Source: a virus (Duplodnaviria > Heunggongvirae > Uroviricota > Caudoviricetes). Taken from it: a DNA stretch of 64,000 nt. This document shows, piece after piece, positions 16,824 to 24,720 of the stretch. The stretch lies in IMG/VR virus record IMGVR_UViG_3300005836_000011, positions 1-64,000 of that record. One strand, written 5' to 3'. How positions within the stretch are numbered: the first letter of the stretch is position 1; each line of letters starts with the position of its first letter. Made by a program: the position numbers and the translations under genes. Below the pieces are notes generated by a model. The model worked only from the letters and a program-made list of their open reading frames with translations. It searched no databases and was not told where the DNA came from.

Positions 16824-16835
16824 CTAGGTTCCTAG
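16824..16835 (+). promoter_or_regulatory. CTAGGTTCCTAG 12-mer copy
   Basis: Exact copy directly after the terminator. Its second CTAG supplies the stop of minus-strand gene 16832-17191. Confidence 0.5.
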
Positions 16836-17191
16836 ATCGCTCCGCCGTTCAGCTTGTCCTTCGTACCTGCGAACTGGTAGACGAAGCCAGTGGCGACAAT
16901 GGCAGTTGCAAGAGCTGTCAGCTGTTCAGCTCGACTGACCGTGTTGTCATCAAGCGCAATGACGAGTGAGCCGATGCCAGCACTCAGGAACGCCATGATT
17001 GCTTTGATCGTAGGAGCAGCTGGTCCATTCTCCGACAACCACACCATGCCACCCGAGCCGAGCACAACGCCTGCGGCAATGAGCCAACTCTGGGTGGAGA
17101 TATCGCCGAAATCAGTCGCCCCGGTACCGAGCGCTACAACGAGCGCGCCAAGCGCCGAAACAACAACGGCCAAGATCGCTTTTGGATACAC
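16832..17191 (-). CDS. holin-like multi-TM membrane protein
   Basis: GTG start with RBS AAGGAGG (reverse complement of 17198-17204); three or four hydrophobic helices. Lies downstream of the lysin genes on the minus strand. Confidence 0.5.
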   Translation of the reverse strand: MYPKAILAVVVSALGALVVALGTGATDFGDISTQSWLIAAGVVLGSGGMVWLSENGPAAPTIKAIMAFLSAGIGSLVIALDDNTVSRAEQLTALATAIVATGFVYQFAGTKDKLNGGAI

Positions 17192-17225
17192 TACAAAACC
17201 TCCTTGCTATAGGGTGTGATGGACA

Positions 17226-17615
17226 ATGATACATCAGACCGATAGAGAATTACTAGCATGGGCAGCTGGTCTGTTTGAAGGCGAGGGGCATATTAAGCAT
17301 CGCCGTTATAATAGAAGCAGCCGACCGGGTGAAACTGCAATGCAGCGTGGCCTGACGCTCACAATGGCTGACGAGGATGTCGTGCGACGCTTCCATGAAA
17401 TTGTTGGTGTTGGGAGCGTTAATTTCTCTAAACGTGCGAGGCCACACTGGAGTGACCAATGGAGATGGGACTGTACAAGCTGGCCAGATGTAAGAACTCT
17501 TCTCCATCAATTTCTACCCTACCTTGGTAAGCGAAGAACTCTTAAGGCTCAGGAATTGTTGGCTGACCCAGCTCGCACATATACTAAGCGCAAAGTTACA
17601 ACGCGCGAAAGATGA
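17226..17615 (+). CDS. LAGLIDADG-family homing endonuclease (single-motif type), free-standing
   Basis: RELLAWAAGLFEGEGHI matches a LAGLIDADG motif. Plus-strand gene sits between minus-strand lysis genes. Confidence 0.7.
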   Translation: MIHQTDRELLAWAAGLFEGEGHIKHRRYNRSSRPGETAMQRGLTLTMADEDVVRRFHEIVGVGSVNFSKRARPHWSDQWRWDCTSWPDVRTLLHQFLPYLGKRRTLKAQELLADPARTYTKRKVTTRER

Positions 17616-17681
17616 GGATCACGAGTAGGATCACCAGCAGCAAGCCGATGATCCCACCCCCGATCAAGACATCTGCGATCA

Positions 17682-17921
17682 TTAGGAAACCGAAACCGTC
17701 CCAGAGTCGATGACCGTACCGTCCGCGGCGCGAATCTCGATAACCGAGTCGCCTGCGAAATCAGCCGGATAGAACAGGCCGGCTTCGCCGCTATTGGCTT
17801 GCGGGGCCTTGTTATGCACGTCGCCATCTTCGCCCGTGGCGTAGACGGTGATCTCTGAAGAGTCAGCTCCATCCCAGAGGATCGAGACGCCCTTGCGTAG
17901 AGAGTTAAGTCGAACTGCCAT
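17682..17921 (-). CDS. hypothetical protein
   Basis: ATG 17921 with RBS AAGGAG (reverse complement of 17928-17933). In ORF track 17682-17951. Confidence 0.4.
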   Translation of the reverse strand: MAVRLNSLRKGVSILWDGADSSEITVYATGEDGDVHNKAPQANSGEAGLFYPADFAGDSVIEIRAADGTVIDSGTVSVS

Positions 17922-18028
17922 GTGATTCTCCTTGTTAGCTTTCAACTCCATTGTAGTTGGACGTGGTGTGAGCTGGATTTATTCCTAAATGAATAGCCGA
18001 TCTTGCGCCTATCCTCTCGCCCCTAGAG

Positions 18029-18409
18029 GTGATGTCCACATTACGGAAACTAGAGACGGAGAAGAACCGCTCGAGAGTCATGAGGAAATCGGCAACTCGG
18101 CCGAGGGAAAATATCACTCTCCGAGAGCTAGAGATCATCGCGCTGATCGCGCTCGGCTACTCCAACTTGGAGATCGGGGTAATCCTCTACATCTCCCACG
18201 AGACAGTCAAAACGCATGTCCGACATGGACTTGCAAAGATGAGGGCGCGGACGAGAGCAGAACTCGTCTACCGCGCAATAACGGACGGGTGGCTCGCAAC
18301 GCCCTCACAGGAACCGACGAAGATCCCTTCCCAAAACTCCACCCAGATGTACGTAGAAGAGTGGAACGGTATACCGGAACAACTCTTGAGAAATCTTATG
18401 AAGGACTGA
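18029..18409 (+). CDS. LuxR/GerE-family HTH transcriptional regulator
   Basis: LTLRELEIIALIALGYSNLEIGVILYISHETVKTHVRHGLAKM matches a GerE-type HTH. Confidence 0.7.
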   Translation: MMSTLRKLETEKNRSRVMRKSATRPRENITLRELEIIALIALGYSNLEIGVILYISHETVKTHVRHGLAKMRARTRAELVYRAITDGWLATPSQEPTKIPSQNSTQMYVEEWNGIPEQLLRNLMKD

Positions 18410-18508
18410 CCGAGATGCTTCTGCGCGGTTTGCGAGCAGTTTGGAGAGAGGAAGCTCGAGCGGACAGGCCTGCCCTTCCTGCCCGCTCACACCGAAAGCG
18501 GGGGTTCT

Positions 18509-19228
18509 CTAAGGGGCGGTAGTAGTTAACGGCTGCGTCTGTGCGGTGATCGGACCTGGAGCGCTCGGAGGCGTCTTGTCACTTGCTCCTGCCAACGGTG
18601 GCGGACTGGCGGTGGGAATCGCCATTGGCCCATTGCCGAGCGCGCAGGCATAGGTCTGCACAGCAGCGAACAACGCCGCCCCGAACTGCGTCTTCATATC
18701 CTGGACGAGACCGGTCCCGTTGCCGCACAACGGAGTTGCCATGTGCCCGGATACGCAGACCTTAAGCGGTGGCCCAGTCGGATTGGCGGGGTCGGTGATG
18801 CTACCCATAACGCACATGCGCGCAAGTTCGCCAGGGTTCGCCTTCGCCCAGTTCTTATACAGCGTGGCATTGACGAGCGAATCCCAGAAGGAATAACGGA
18901 TCATGCCTGCGGCTGCATCACAGGGATCAGCCTTCGGTGGAGTGACCACGGAGCACTTTCCGAGATACTGCGTGTCAGCGTCATACGTTCCGGTATATGT
19001 CTGGATATTTAGAGCACGCAAGGCAGGGTTCGTGGTGTCAGGCGCGTAGTAGGTAGTGCCGTTAGCGACGCTTTGTACCGTCATCTGATCCGCCTGGAAA
19101 CCAGCTGCGGATGTGCTGTAGGTTGTGCTGGAGGAGTACGGATTTCCATTCAGCCAAATCGCTCCTCCAAGGCCGACCGCAAAGAGCACGACAGCTCCGA
19201 TAACGATGTATGCGGTTTTGCGTGTCAT
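18509..19228 (-). CDS. membrane-anchored extracytoplasmic Cys-containing protein (lysis-associated?)
   Basis: N-terminal TM YIVIGAVVLFAVGLGGAIW and a Pro-rich C-terminus. Adjacent to the endolysin genes. Confidence 0.5.
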   Translation of the reverse strand: MTRKTAYIVIGAVVLFAVGLGGAIWLNGNPYSSSTTYSTSAAGFQADQMTVQSVANGTTYYAPDTTNPALRALNIQTYTGTYDADTQYLGKCSVVTPPKADPCDAAAGMIRYSFWDSLVNATLYKNWAKANPGELARMCVMGSITDPANPTGPPLKVCVSGHMATPLCGNGTGLVQDMKTQFGAALFAAVQTYACALGNGPMAIPTASPPPLAGASDKTPPSAPGPITAQTQPLTTTAP

Positions 19229-20073
19229 ATCGCTAGCTCCGTAGAGACGATAGCGTCTGCTGGGATAGACGGATCGAGTCCTGGTAGCAGTTTGTCGAAG
19301 TCAGAAACTGTTATCCGGAAGTATCCACCGAGACCCCAGGAACTACCCCATGAATTGACGGCTAGATACGACTCGGTTGGCTCTTCCGGTTGGTGCGCAA
19401 TCAGCACATAGAAATGGCCACCTGCTATTGCTCCAGTGGGTCGCACATATCCAGTGGGACTTGGATTGAACATATCGTTCGTCCAATCGGTCCCGACCAT
19501 AACTGGACCCCGCGTTCGAAGCCAGTCAGTAATCGCATCTGTGCTGTAGGCAAATGCATAGGTCGAGAGTCTCCCGCGCGCTTTAAGCGCCTTGGCGACC
19601 CAGCGTGACTCGACTCCGTCCTCGTTACGTCCCCCCATTCCGATCTTCACCGCTTCGTAGTAGAGGTCGTGGGCATCAGTGGCCGTATAGTGATCATCGA
19701 CAGGAAGGGTGTTCCCCCAATGGCATCCACCAAATCCGCCGCAATGATTGGTGTTCTTTTGATCGAGCAAAGGATCATTCATCGCCCAATTCACGTTCTG
19801 CGGCACTGGAATAGGGGGGCTAAGTAGCGCCCGCGCAGAATCGAAGGCGTTCAATGCCTTCCACCAATGCGTGGTGGTCGGATCAGCGTACTTCGTAGCC
19901 GCCCACTTCTGGAACGTTACGGTGGTTTTCTTTAGCTCAGATACGCCAGCCTCGATCAGGAGACTGGGATCGGTTATCTCGAGCTTGTCCGTAACAAAGT
20001 TGTCCGCGCGGAAGTCGCGGTCATCCGGAGTCGTAGGACGCCGGCCAAGCAGATGTGGACCAATCTCAGCCAT
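19225..20073 (-). CDS. papain-like (C1 family) cysteine peptidase, putative endolysin domain protein
   Basis: NHCGGFGGCHW (catalytic Cys region) and NSWGSSWGLGGYFRI (papain-family C-terminal signature). Confidence 0.65.
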   Translation of the reverse strand: MAEIGPHLLGRRPTTPDDRDFRADNFVTDKLEITDPSLLIEAGVSELKKTTVTFQKWAATKYADPTTTHWWKALNAFDSARALLSPPIPVPQNVNWAMNDPLLDQKNTNHCGGFGGCHWGNTLPVDDHYTATDAHDLYYEAVKIGMGGRNEDGVESRWVAKALKARGRLSTYAFAYSTDAITDWLRTRGPVMVGTDWTNDMFNPSPTGYVRPTGAIAGGHFYVLIAHQPEEPTESYLAVNSWGSSWGLGGYFRITVSDFDKLLPGLDPSIPADAIVSTELAI

Positions 20074-20081
20074 TCTTCTCC

Positions 20082-20804
20082 TTAGTGTATGCCGCTTACA
20101 TGTACGTGGCCTTCATGACCACCATACGTATATGAATGCAGACCTTTTTCCTGGCTCCAGATCGAATTTCCACATATCACATACGAAACCTCCGGGCGCC
20201 CAACCATGCTGTTGAAAAACGCCTTCGCAATCTGATTGTTCATACCTGTCTGAGGAGTGAATCCAACATCAAAAGCGTAGGCTGGGAAATAGGCGTGATC
20301 AGATGGAGCACCGGACGGAAGTTTAGAAGAAGGATTATAAGTTCCTAGATCCGTAAGACCCATATTCCGCGCAAGAGAATAATCACCCCACAGCTCCTTG
20401 ACGAGTGAAGCCCATCCCTGTCTTGGCTCGACGAGAATGGGTGGCGGAGGTACCGGGACTTTGAACAGGAGATATCGGTATTTCCGATATGCGTCCAAGT
20501 AGTTCCAGACCACATCCCAGGTTGGCTGACCGACATTCCCCGTCGCGACCTTGATTGTGGTATTTCCTTTTCCACGTTCAAGCTGCTGCAATGTCTTAAC
20601 GGCCTGAGCTGTTACAGCGTTATAAATCTGATCATGCGGAGGAGGCTTAAAGAAGTTGTCCTCATACTTCCAGAGTCCCCACTTTAGGATCTGCACGTCC
20701 GCTCCCTTGGTTGGGCCACGCGGATCATCCGGACCATACATCTGGCGCTTAAGCTTCATAGGACATATTCTCCTAGGTAATCCACGCCTGGCCAATCCTG
20801 CCAT
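20082..20804 (-). CDS. peptidoglycan hydrolase: PG-binding domain plus M15 (VanY-like) peptidase-like domain
   Basis: GADVQILKWGLW (PG_binding_1-like), SDHAYFPAYAFD (SxHxxGxAxD-like) and GHEGHVHV. The start is more likely MKLKRQ at about 20760. Confidence 0.5.
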   Translation of the reverse strand: MAGLARRGLPRRICPMKLKRQMYGPDDPRGPTKGADVQILKWGLWKYEDNFFKPPPHDQIYNAVTAQAVKTLQQLERGKGNTTIKVATGNVGQPTWDVVWNYLDAYRKYRYLLFKVPVPPPPILVEPRQGWASLVKELWGDYSLARNMGLTDLGTYNPSSKLPSGAPSDHAYFPAYAFDVGFTPQTGMNNQIAKAFFNSMVGRPEVSYVICGNSIWSQEKGLHSYTYGGHEGHVHVSGIH

Positions 20805-21340
20805 TCCGCATAGGACGGAGCAGGAACACCACCGACTGGATAGACACCGAACACAGGCTGCGAAGTTGCCCAGCCTAGGTTCCTGGCGGTGAAGTTCATA
20901 GCGTCAGGAGTCATGCGCAGATCTTCATTCATATACGCCTCTGTAAGACAGGTGAAGCCAGCGTCGATCAAGGGTTTGGCATTGGTGCGATTCATGGTCG
21001 AGAAATTCGTGACGATCGCAAGAGGGCAAGTCGGAAGCGGACCACCTCCTACACCATTGATTACGTTGGTGACTCCTTCGAGATCTCCCGGTCCTTCTAT
21101 CTCAGCGATTGAGAAGGCAGCATCAGACGGTGTCTTGTGGATATCACCACCTCCGGTGAACCATACGCCAGGAAGGATGTTGTTAAGTTGGCAGTGATAG
21201 TGAAACTGTGGATACCAGTTCTCTGGGTCGAAATTAGGATCGTCGTACTCAAGTGCCGCCCATTCATAGCCTTGAGCCTCAGCGCGCGCCGCAAACTCAG
21301 ATGGAGAGAATTGACCCACCGAGAACATCCATGCGAGCAT
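20756..21340 (-). CDS. putative cell-wall hydrolase / lysin domain protein
   Basis: C-terminal 195 aa of ORF 20756-21466, starting at MLAWMFSVGQFS (ATG 21340). The N-terminal extension is Arg/Ser junk. The function call rests on context only. Confidence 0.4.
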   Translation of the reverse strand: MLAWMFSVGQFSPSEFAARAEAQGYEWAALEYDDPNFDPENWYPQFHYHCQLNNILPGVWFTGGGDIHKTPSDAAFSIAEIEGPGDLEGVTNVINGVGGGPLPTCPLAIVTNFSTMNRTNAKPLIDAGFTCLTEAYMNEDLRMTPDAMNFTARNLGWATSQPVFGVYPVGGVPAPSYAEWQDWPGVDYLGEYVL

Positions 21341-21347
21341 TACCCCC

Positions 21348-21659
21348 TTACGGAAAGGGGCGGGCTGCAGGTGCCTCCTTAAGCGCCTGCACGTCTGCAC
21401 GGAGTTCGATGATCGACTGACCGTGGGCGTCGAGGTCCTTCTTCTGATTGTCGAGCATGACGGCATTGGAGTTCACGACGTCGCGTAAGCCGCTCGAATC
21501 GAACTCAGCCTCTCCACCAATCCAACGCTTCCATGCCGGGAGTTTGGTAGCGCCAATCGGCAATGCCCCGAGACCAGCCTTCTTCGAGAGCGCATCAACG
21601 CGATTCACCAACACCGACATATCTGCTGCAGGCGGCTGGGTGGGTTTTGCGCTAGCCAT
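21348..21659 (-). CDS. hypothetical protein
   Basis: ORF track. Stop is 7 nt upstream of the next gene's ATG. A hairpin cccctt/aagggg lies at 21343-21360. Confidence 0.4.
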   Translation of the reverse strand: MASAKPTQPPAADMSVLVNRVDALSKKAGLGALPIGATKLPAWKRWIGGEAEFDSSGLRDVVNSNAVMLDNQKKDLDAHGQSIIELRADVQALKEAPAARPFP

Positions 21660-21687
21660 ATAGATTCAGTCTACGCGCGGCTTAGGT

Positions 21688-22701
21688 CTAAAGTGCTTCC
21701 CAGACCCATTGATTTATGTCTCCATCATCCAGTTCCACAAGCACGATCTTCAGGTAAACACCGCTTAGCCCACGGTCGCCGCCCGTGTTGTTGGAGACGT
21801 AGGGATCCAGGTGGTTATTGCCGTTGGAGAAAAGAATCCCTCCAACTCGCTGGTACGTGGAGCCCTGCATATCGCCGTCCCCGTCCGGGACGTTCCAGTC
21901 GGAGCCAACCTGGAACGATGGCAGTTCCAGATCAGGACCGAGGGGATCGAGAACACCGTCCAGCGTTATCCCTAGACGCACGGTGCCGATCCCGTCCAAG
22001 CCAGTATCGTCCCAGGAGACGACACAGTCGATGAGGTAGATGCCGGACTGAAGGATGCGTAGACGCAGGCGGTCGTTTCCGGTATCTCCAACGTCCGTGG
22101 TCGACCAATCGAAGTAGGCGTCTGCGGGATCGTGGTTCTTGGCGGCAATCGTGTAGTTGACGGGCCATGCGGACTCCCCGTCGGGAACTGTCGTGAAACC
22201 GTTTTCCACAAACGCCCAAGGAATACCAACAGCTGATGACCAACGAACAGTTACTTCTCCCGTTGTGTTATCAACGTAGGCCGTTGCATTCGTGATGCCT
22301 GTTTCATCTCCTGTTGTAGTAATGCGTAGAGAGAAAGAATCACTCCCAGTTCCTGGTGGAATTAAATCAACCTCTCCAAGAACCAGTCCTGGCATAATCC
22401 AAGCAACCGTTCCAGATGTCGCGCTACTTACATCAATAAATCCCTTGGTCTGTATAAGACCGTCTGTATTTAGACGGAAGGAAAATACTTCTAAGTTTCC
22501 CGTTGCCTGTGTAAAGCTATTTAGAAATGAAGGCTCATCTCCGCTGCAATCATTTGCGCAGTCTATCTCCCACCAGCGAAAAGCTTCTGGCTTCTGACGC
22601 ACATCCTTAGTCTGGAACTGGTTATGCCAGATCTCCTTATATTCATTTGGCTCGCCAAGCGGAACGGTCATCTCAAATTCCCTCCTGGTCAGGTGAGACA
22701 A
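21688..22701 (-). CDS. minor tail protein
   Basis: Thr/Gly/Asp-rich beta-type composition. Position downstream of the tape measure and other tail genes. Confidence 0.55.
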   Translation of the reverse strand: MSHLTRREFEMTVPLGEPNEYKEIWHNQFQTKDVRQKPEAFRWWEIDCANDCSGDEPSFLNSFTQATGNLEVFSFRLNTDGLIQTKGFIDVSSATSGTVAWIMPGLVLGEVDLIPPGTGSDSFSLRITTTGDETGITNATAYVDNTTGEVTVRWSSAVGIPWAFVENGFTTVPDGESAWPVNYTIAAKNHDPADAYFDWSTTDVGDTGNDRLRLRILQSGIYLIDCVVSWDDTGLDGIGTVRLGITLDGVLDPLGPDLELPSFQVGSDWNVPDGDGDMQGSTYQRVGGILFSNGNNHLDPYVSNNTGGDRGLSGVYLKIVLVELDDGDINQWVWEAL

Positions 22702-23923
22702 CGAGTTCGCTTAACTCCAGCACACTATCTCCAGTCCAATTCACCGTGAGTTCATAGATTCTTTGTATACCAGAGAATCCTCCACGAACGACTGGTGTAC
22801 AACTGACACGAATACGATCTCCGATTCCGAAGGCATTGATGCCATAATCTGAGATAGGAGTGACGTGATAGAGCTTTCTGGGTTCTACTCGTATCGCAGA
22901 TTCGCGATACCAGCGCACACGAAATAAGCTGCGTACAGGATCAAGGTACTCACATAAACCATTACCTTCCACGGTGCGCTCACGTGAAAGGGTGTCCACA
23001 TCATACTCTTGGATTTCCATGCGAACACCAAAATCGGACCTAGATTGCAGGCGCCGCGTCTGAAGATCTGCCATTTCTGTCGCGCCGACGGTATATGGAA
23101 GACAGGGATCATCACCTGTGATGTTGGCCTGATAGCGACGTATCGTCGGTTTCGGACCAAAGAAGTACTGAAGCTTATTTGTGACGTTGGCAAGATCTTC
23201 GTTCCAACGCAGATGCTTGATGTTATGTGCGCCTTGTCCGTATTCTAAATGAACAGATCCAGTTCGGTCAGCTCCATAGTTTCCGTTGTAGACATCTATC
23301 ACTCCCATGTTTCCACCAGAGTCGATCGGCGTGATGACAATGTCCATTTCTCCTGTGGAAACAAGCATGGAAGCCAACTCCGCAATGGTCATGGGCCAAT
23401 TAGTGAAACCACCGGAAAGGTTAACTCCGCCAGACTCGAATCCGCCGAATTGCAGAAAGAGTGGACCCTCTGCCGCTGTAGGAATATAGACCGGATTCTC
23501 GGACGCAAAGAGCACTTCCAGAAGCATCTGTGGACCAGAGTTTCCCAACTCCTCAAATCCTGGGAACCTGAGTCTAAACGGGAAATGAGGGTCGATCATG
23601 TTGCCTGGCGTGGGGCCGAGGAAATCTCGACAGGGACGCCAGCGCCACAACTCCATAGGATCCTCTGAGTTGTAGACGGTATAGCCGGTGTCCTCTTCGG
23701 CCTCCGTTTCGCACACGGTCACAAAACCGTGATGCCAGAGAGTGCCGTCAATCTCCACCTTGATGCGAGAACCAACTCCTCCAATAGCCAGATGCTGCGG
23801 CACCTTCACCTGGGTCTGGGAGGGAAGATTCAGACGGCGAGTAACCGATCCTTCGATCGCGCTCGTGCCACTTCCCGCTGGCGGTAGAAGCTCAATGCCG
23901 TCTATGAAAACTTTGGCGGCCAT
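22673..23923 (-). CDS. minor tail protein
   Basis: 416 aa. Position downstream of the tape measure protein, overlapping neighbours by a few nt. Confidence 0.55.
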   Translation of the reverse strand: MAAKVFIDGIELLPPAGSGTSAIEGSVTRRLNLPSQTQVKVPQHLAIGGVGSRIKVEIDGTLWHHGFVTVCETEAEEDTGYTVYNSEDPMELWRWRPCRDFLGPTPGNMIDPHFPFRLRFPGFEELGNSGPQMLLEVLFASENPVYIPTAAEGPLFLQFGGFESGGVNLSGGFTNWPMTIAELASMLVSTGEMDIVITPIDSGGNMGVIDVYNGNYGADRTGSVHLEYGQGAHNIKHLRWNEDLANVTNKLQYFFGPKPTIRRYQANITGDDPCLPYTVGATEMADLQTRRLQSRSDFGVRMEIQEYDVDTLSRERTVEGNGLCEYLDPVRSLFRVRWYRESAIRVEPRKLYHVTPISDYGINAFGIGDRIRVSCTPVVRGGFSGIQRIYELTVNWTGDSVLELSELVVSPDQEGI

Positions 23924-24261
23924 TAGCGCCTTATCTTCTTTAGGTAGTAGTTAGCCTGCCACTTATGTAGCGCGATCGCATAACTCGTTGCATGAGCTGG
24001 CGTGTCAAAGATTCCAAGATGACTTCTTGTCCGTTTGTAGTGAGACCAAGCAGATTGGTTGGACACAACCCGATCTCCAATTACCGTAGGAACGAGTACT
24101 TCTGCTCCCTTGGGTCTGTTTTGGAAGTTGTCGAGATGGAAGGAGACAGAACGTACTGTCGATATGGAACCATCTCTGTTCTTTACAACAGGACGAGCAG
24201 TAAGATCAATGTTCCCGCGTACCAACAATCCTGTGTGTGGGTTGATAACAAAGACTGGCAT
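23923..24261 (-). CDS. tail-associated hypothetical protein
   Basis: ORF track; start/stop overlaps with neighbours. Confidence 0.4.
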   Translation of the reverse strand: MPVFVINPHTGLLVRGNIDLTARPVVKNRDGSISTVRSVSFHLDNFQNRPKGAEVLVPTVIGDRVVSNQSAWSHYKRTRSHLGIFDTPAHATSYAIALHKWQANYYLKKIRR

Positions 24262-24264
24262 AGA

Positions 24265-24720
24265 TCACCAGTCCGGATCCGCTGCAACTAAGCCAAAGGA
24301 GAATGTTTCTACGAGATAGTCCTGGTCGTGACGAAACTCAAGCTGCACGTCGTGACGCACTGTGAGACTTCTTGCGCTTTGCCCCTGGGGAGTCCAAGCA
24401 AACGTTCCGTCAGCCTGCATGATGCTCTCGAGGTTGGTCCGCAAAGTTTCCTCGAACGTATTACGTATCACGACAATGTTGTCCTGAACGCGCGTCGAGA
24501 GGATGAGAAAGATTCCATCGACCACAATAGTGCGGGGTCCTTTCCAGGCGTTATGGACAATGCCACCATGGCCGAAAGGTACCGGATCAATAGGAGCGCG
24601 CACAGGAGGACCACCTAGACCCTCAATGCTCACGATATAGATCTGGTCGAGAGAATCGTCGTTAAAGTTGACGGTTCCCGCGGGAGTGGTAAGCGTATAA
24701 GGGACACCGATGTCAGCCAT
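24265..24720 (-). CDS. distal tail protein-like
   Basis: Immediately downstream of the tape measure protein; 151 aa. Confidence 0.45.
   Translation of the reverse strand: MADIGVPYTLTTPAGTVNFNDDSLDQIYIVSIEGLGGPPVRAPIDPVPFGHGGIVHNAWKGPRTIVVDGIFLILSTRVQDNIVVIRNTFEETLRTNLESIMQADGTFAWTPQGQSARSLTVRHDVQLEFRHDQDYLVETFSFGLVAADPDW

Noticed and set aside
17549-18522. ORFs 17549-17872 (minus) and 17989-18522 (plus, 177 aa) overlapping the LuxR gene and the 17682 gene
   Set aside because: Alternative-frame, Arg-rich translations. The LuxR-family frame and the RBS-supported 17682-17921 frame are preferred.
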